A DNA stretch of 64,000 bases from assembly GCA_052327205.1 (NCBI GenBank), contig CM126219.1:16182001-16246000 (forward strand). The letters are read 5' to 3'. A model generated the notes under the pieces. It saw only the letters and a list, made by a program, of their open reading frames with translations. It had not been told where the DNA came from and ran no database searches. This DNA is from Somniosus microcephalus. Lineage: Eukaryota. The translations under genes were made by a program, and so were the position numbers. Positions 62,831-64,000 of this stretch are shown here, one piece after another; within the stretch, counting starts at the first letter, position 1, and every line of letters begins with the position of its first letter.

Positions 62831-63782
62831 TTCATAGAAAGTTACAGCACGGAAGGAGGCCATTTCGGCCCATCGTGCCCACGCCGGCCAACAAAGAGCT
62901 ATCCAGCCTAATCCCACTTCCCAGCTCTTGGTCCGTAGCCCTGCAGGTTAGAGCATCCCAAGTGCACATCCAAGTACTTTTTAAATGTGGTTAGGGTTCC
63001 TGCCTCTACCGCCCTTTCAGGCAGTGAGTTCCAGACACCCACAACCCTCTGGGTGAAGAAATTTCCCCTCAAATCCCCTCTAAACCTTCCCCCAATTACT
63101 TTAAATCTGTGCCCCCTGGTTTTTGACCCCTCTGCTAAGGGAAATAGGTCCTTTCTGTCCACTTTATCTAGGCCCCTCAATTCTATACACCTCAATAAGG
63201 TCTCCCCTCAGCCTCCTCTGTTCCAAGGGGGAAAAAACCCAGCCTATCCAGTCTTTCCTCATAGCCAAGATTCTCTACTCCCGGCAACATCCTTGTAAAT
63301 CTCCTCTGTACCCTCTCTAGTACAATCACATCTTTCCTGTAATGTGGTGACCAGAACTGCACGCAGTACTCCAGCGGAGGCCTAACTAGTGTTTTATACA
63401 GTTGAAGCATAACCCCCCCTGCTCTTGTATTCTATGCCACGGCTAATAAAGGCAAGCATTCCGTATGCCTTCTTAACCACCTTATCTACCTGGCCTGCTA
63501 CCTTCAGGGATCTGTAGACATGCACTCCAAGGTCCCTTTGTTCCTCTACACTACTCAGTGTCCTACCATTTAATGTGTATTCCCTTTCCTTCCCAAATGC
63601 ATTACCTCACACTTCTCCGGATTGAATTCCATTTGCCACTGTTCTGCCCACCTGACCAATTTATTGATATCTTCCTGCAGTCTACAGCTTCCTTCTTCAG
63701 TATCAACCACACAGCCGATGTTAGTATCATCTGCAAACTTCTTAATCATACCCCTTATATTCAAGTCTAGATCGTTGATATT
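62831..63782 (-). mobile_element. CR1 LINE 3' portion (frameshifted)
   Basis: KFADDT, LYKTLVRP.LEYCVQFW and NFFTQRVVGVWNSLP in successive frames. Confidence 0.92.
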
Positions 63783-64000
63783 TGGAAGCAGGGTTTATGG
63801 ACAGAAAGGGGGTCAAGTTAACCACCGCCTGGGTGGCATTCTGAGGGAGAGGATTGCCCACCCATTGCAGAACCCGCCCAACTTTCGTTCCATTGACTTT
63901 AGGGGAACACCATCATCTGCAAGTTGCCCTCCAAGTCACGTGCCACCCTGACTTGGACATGGTATCAGAGCACAGAAGGAGGTCATTTGGCCCATCATGC

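Overview
AT-rich vertebrate genomic DNA, most likely a cartilaginous fish. This is inferred from the repeat content (CR1, Deu-domain SINEs, LF-SINE-like and Penelope-like elements, Harbinger MITEs) and from an NFYA gene lacking exon 3. The + strand carries a complete NFYA gene: CpG-island promoter and probable non-coding exon 1 at ~6.3-7.4 kb, eight coding exons from 16414 to 48864 (311 aa), and a long 3' UTR. The - strand carries the last three exons of a convergent RAB21-like GTPase gene (61908-58132). Introns hold many nested mobile elements, often with readable target-site duplications (TSDs), and a CNIH1 processed pseudogene. The most interesting signals are: (1) minimal hammerhead-ribozyme motifs with covarying stems in the Penelope-like terminal repeats; (2) a cassette of four consecutive hairpins shared by two copies of a Harbinger-type MITE; (3) an apparent antisense promoter/first exon with paired RFX-type palindromes in NFYA intron 8; (4) a RAB21 paralog next to NFYA, possibly a retained ohnolog; (5) a young Vingi-like LINE. 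All calls were made by eye without database searches, and repeat boundaries are approximate. NFYA exon numbers follow mammalian nomenclature.
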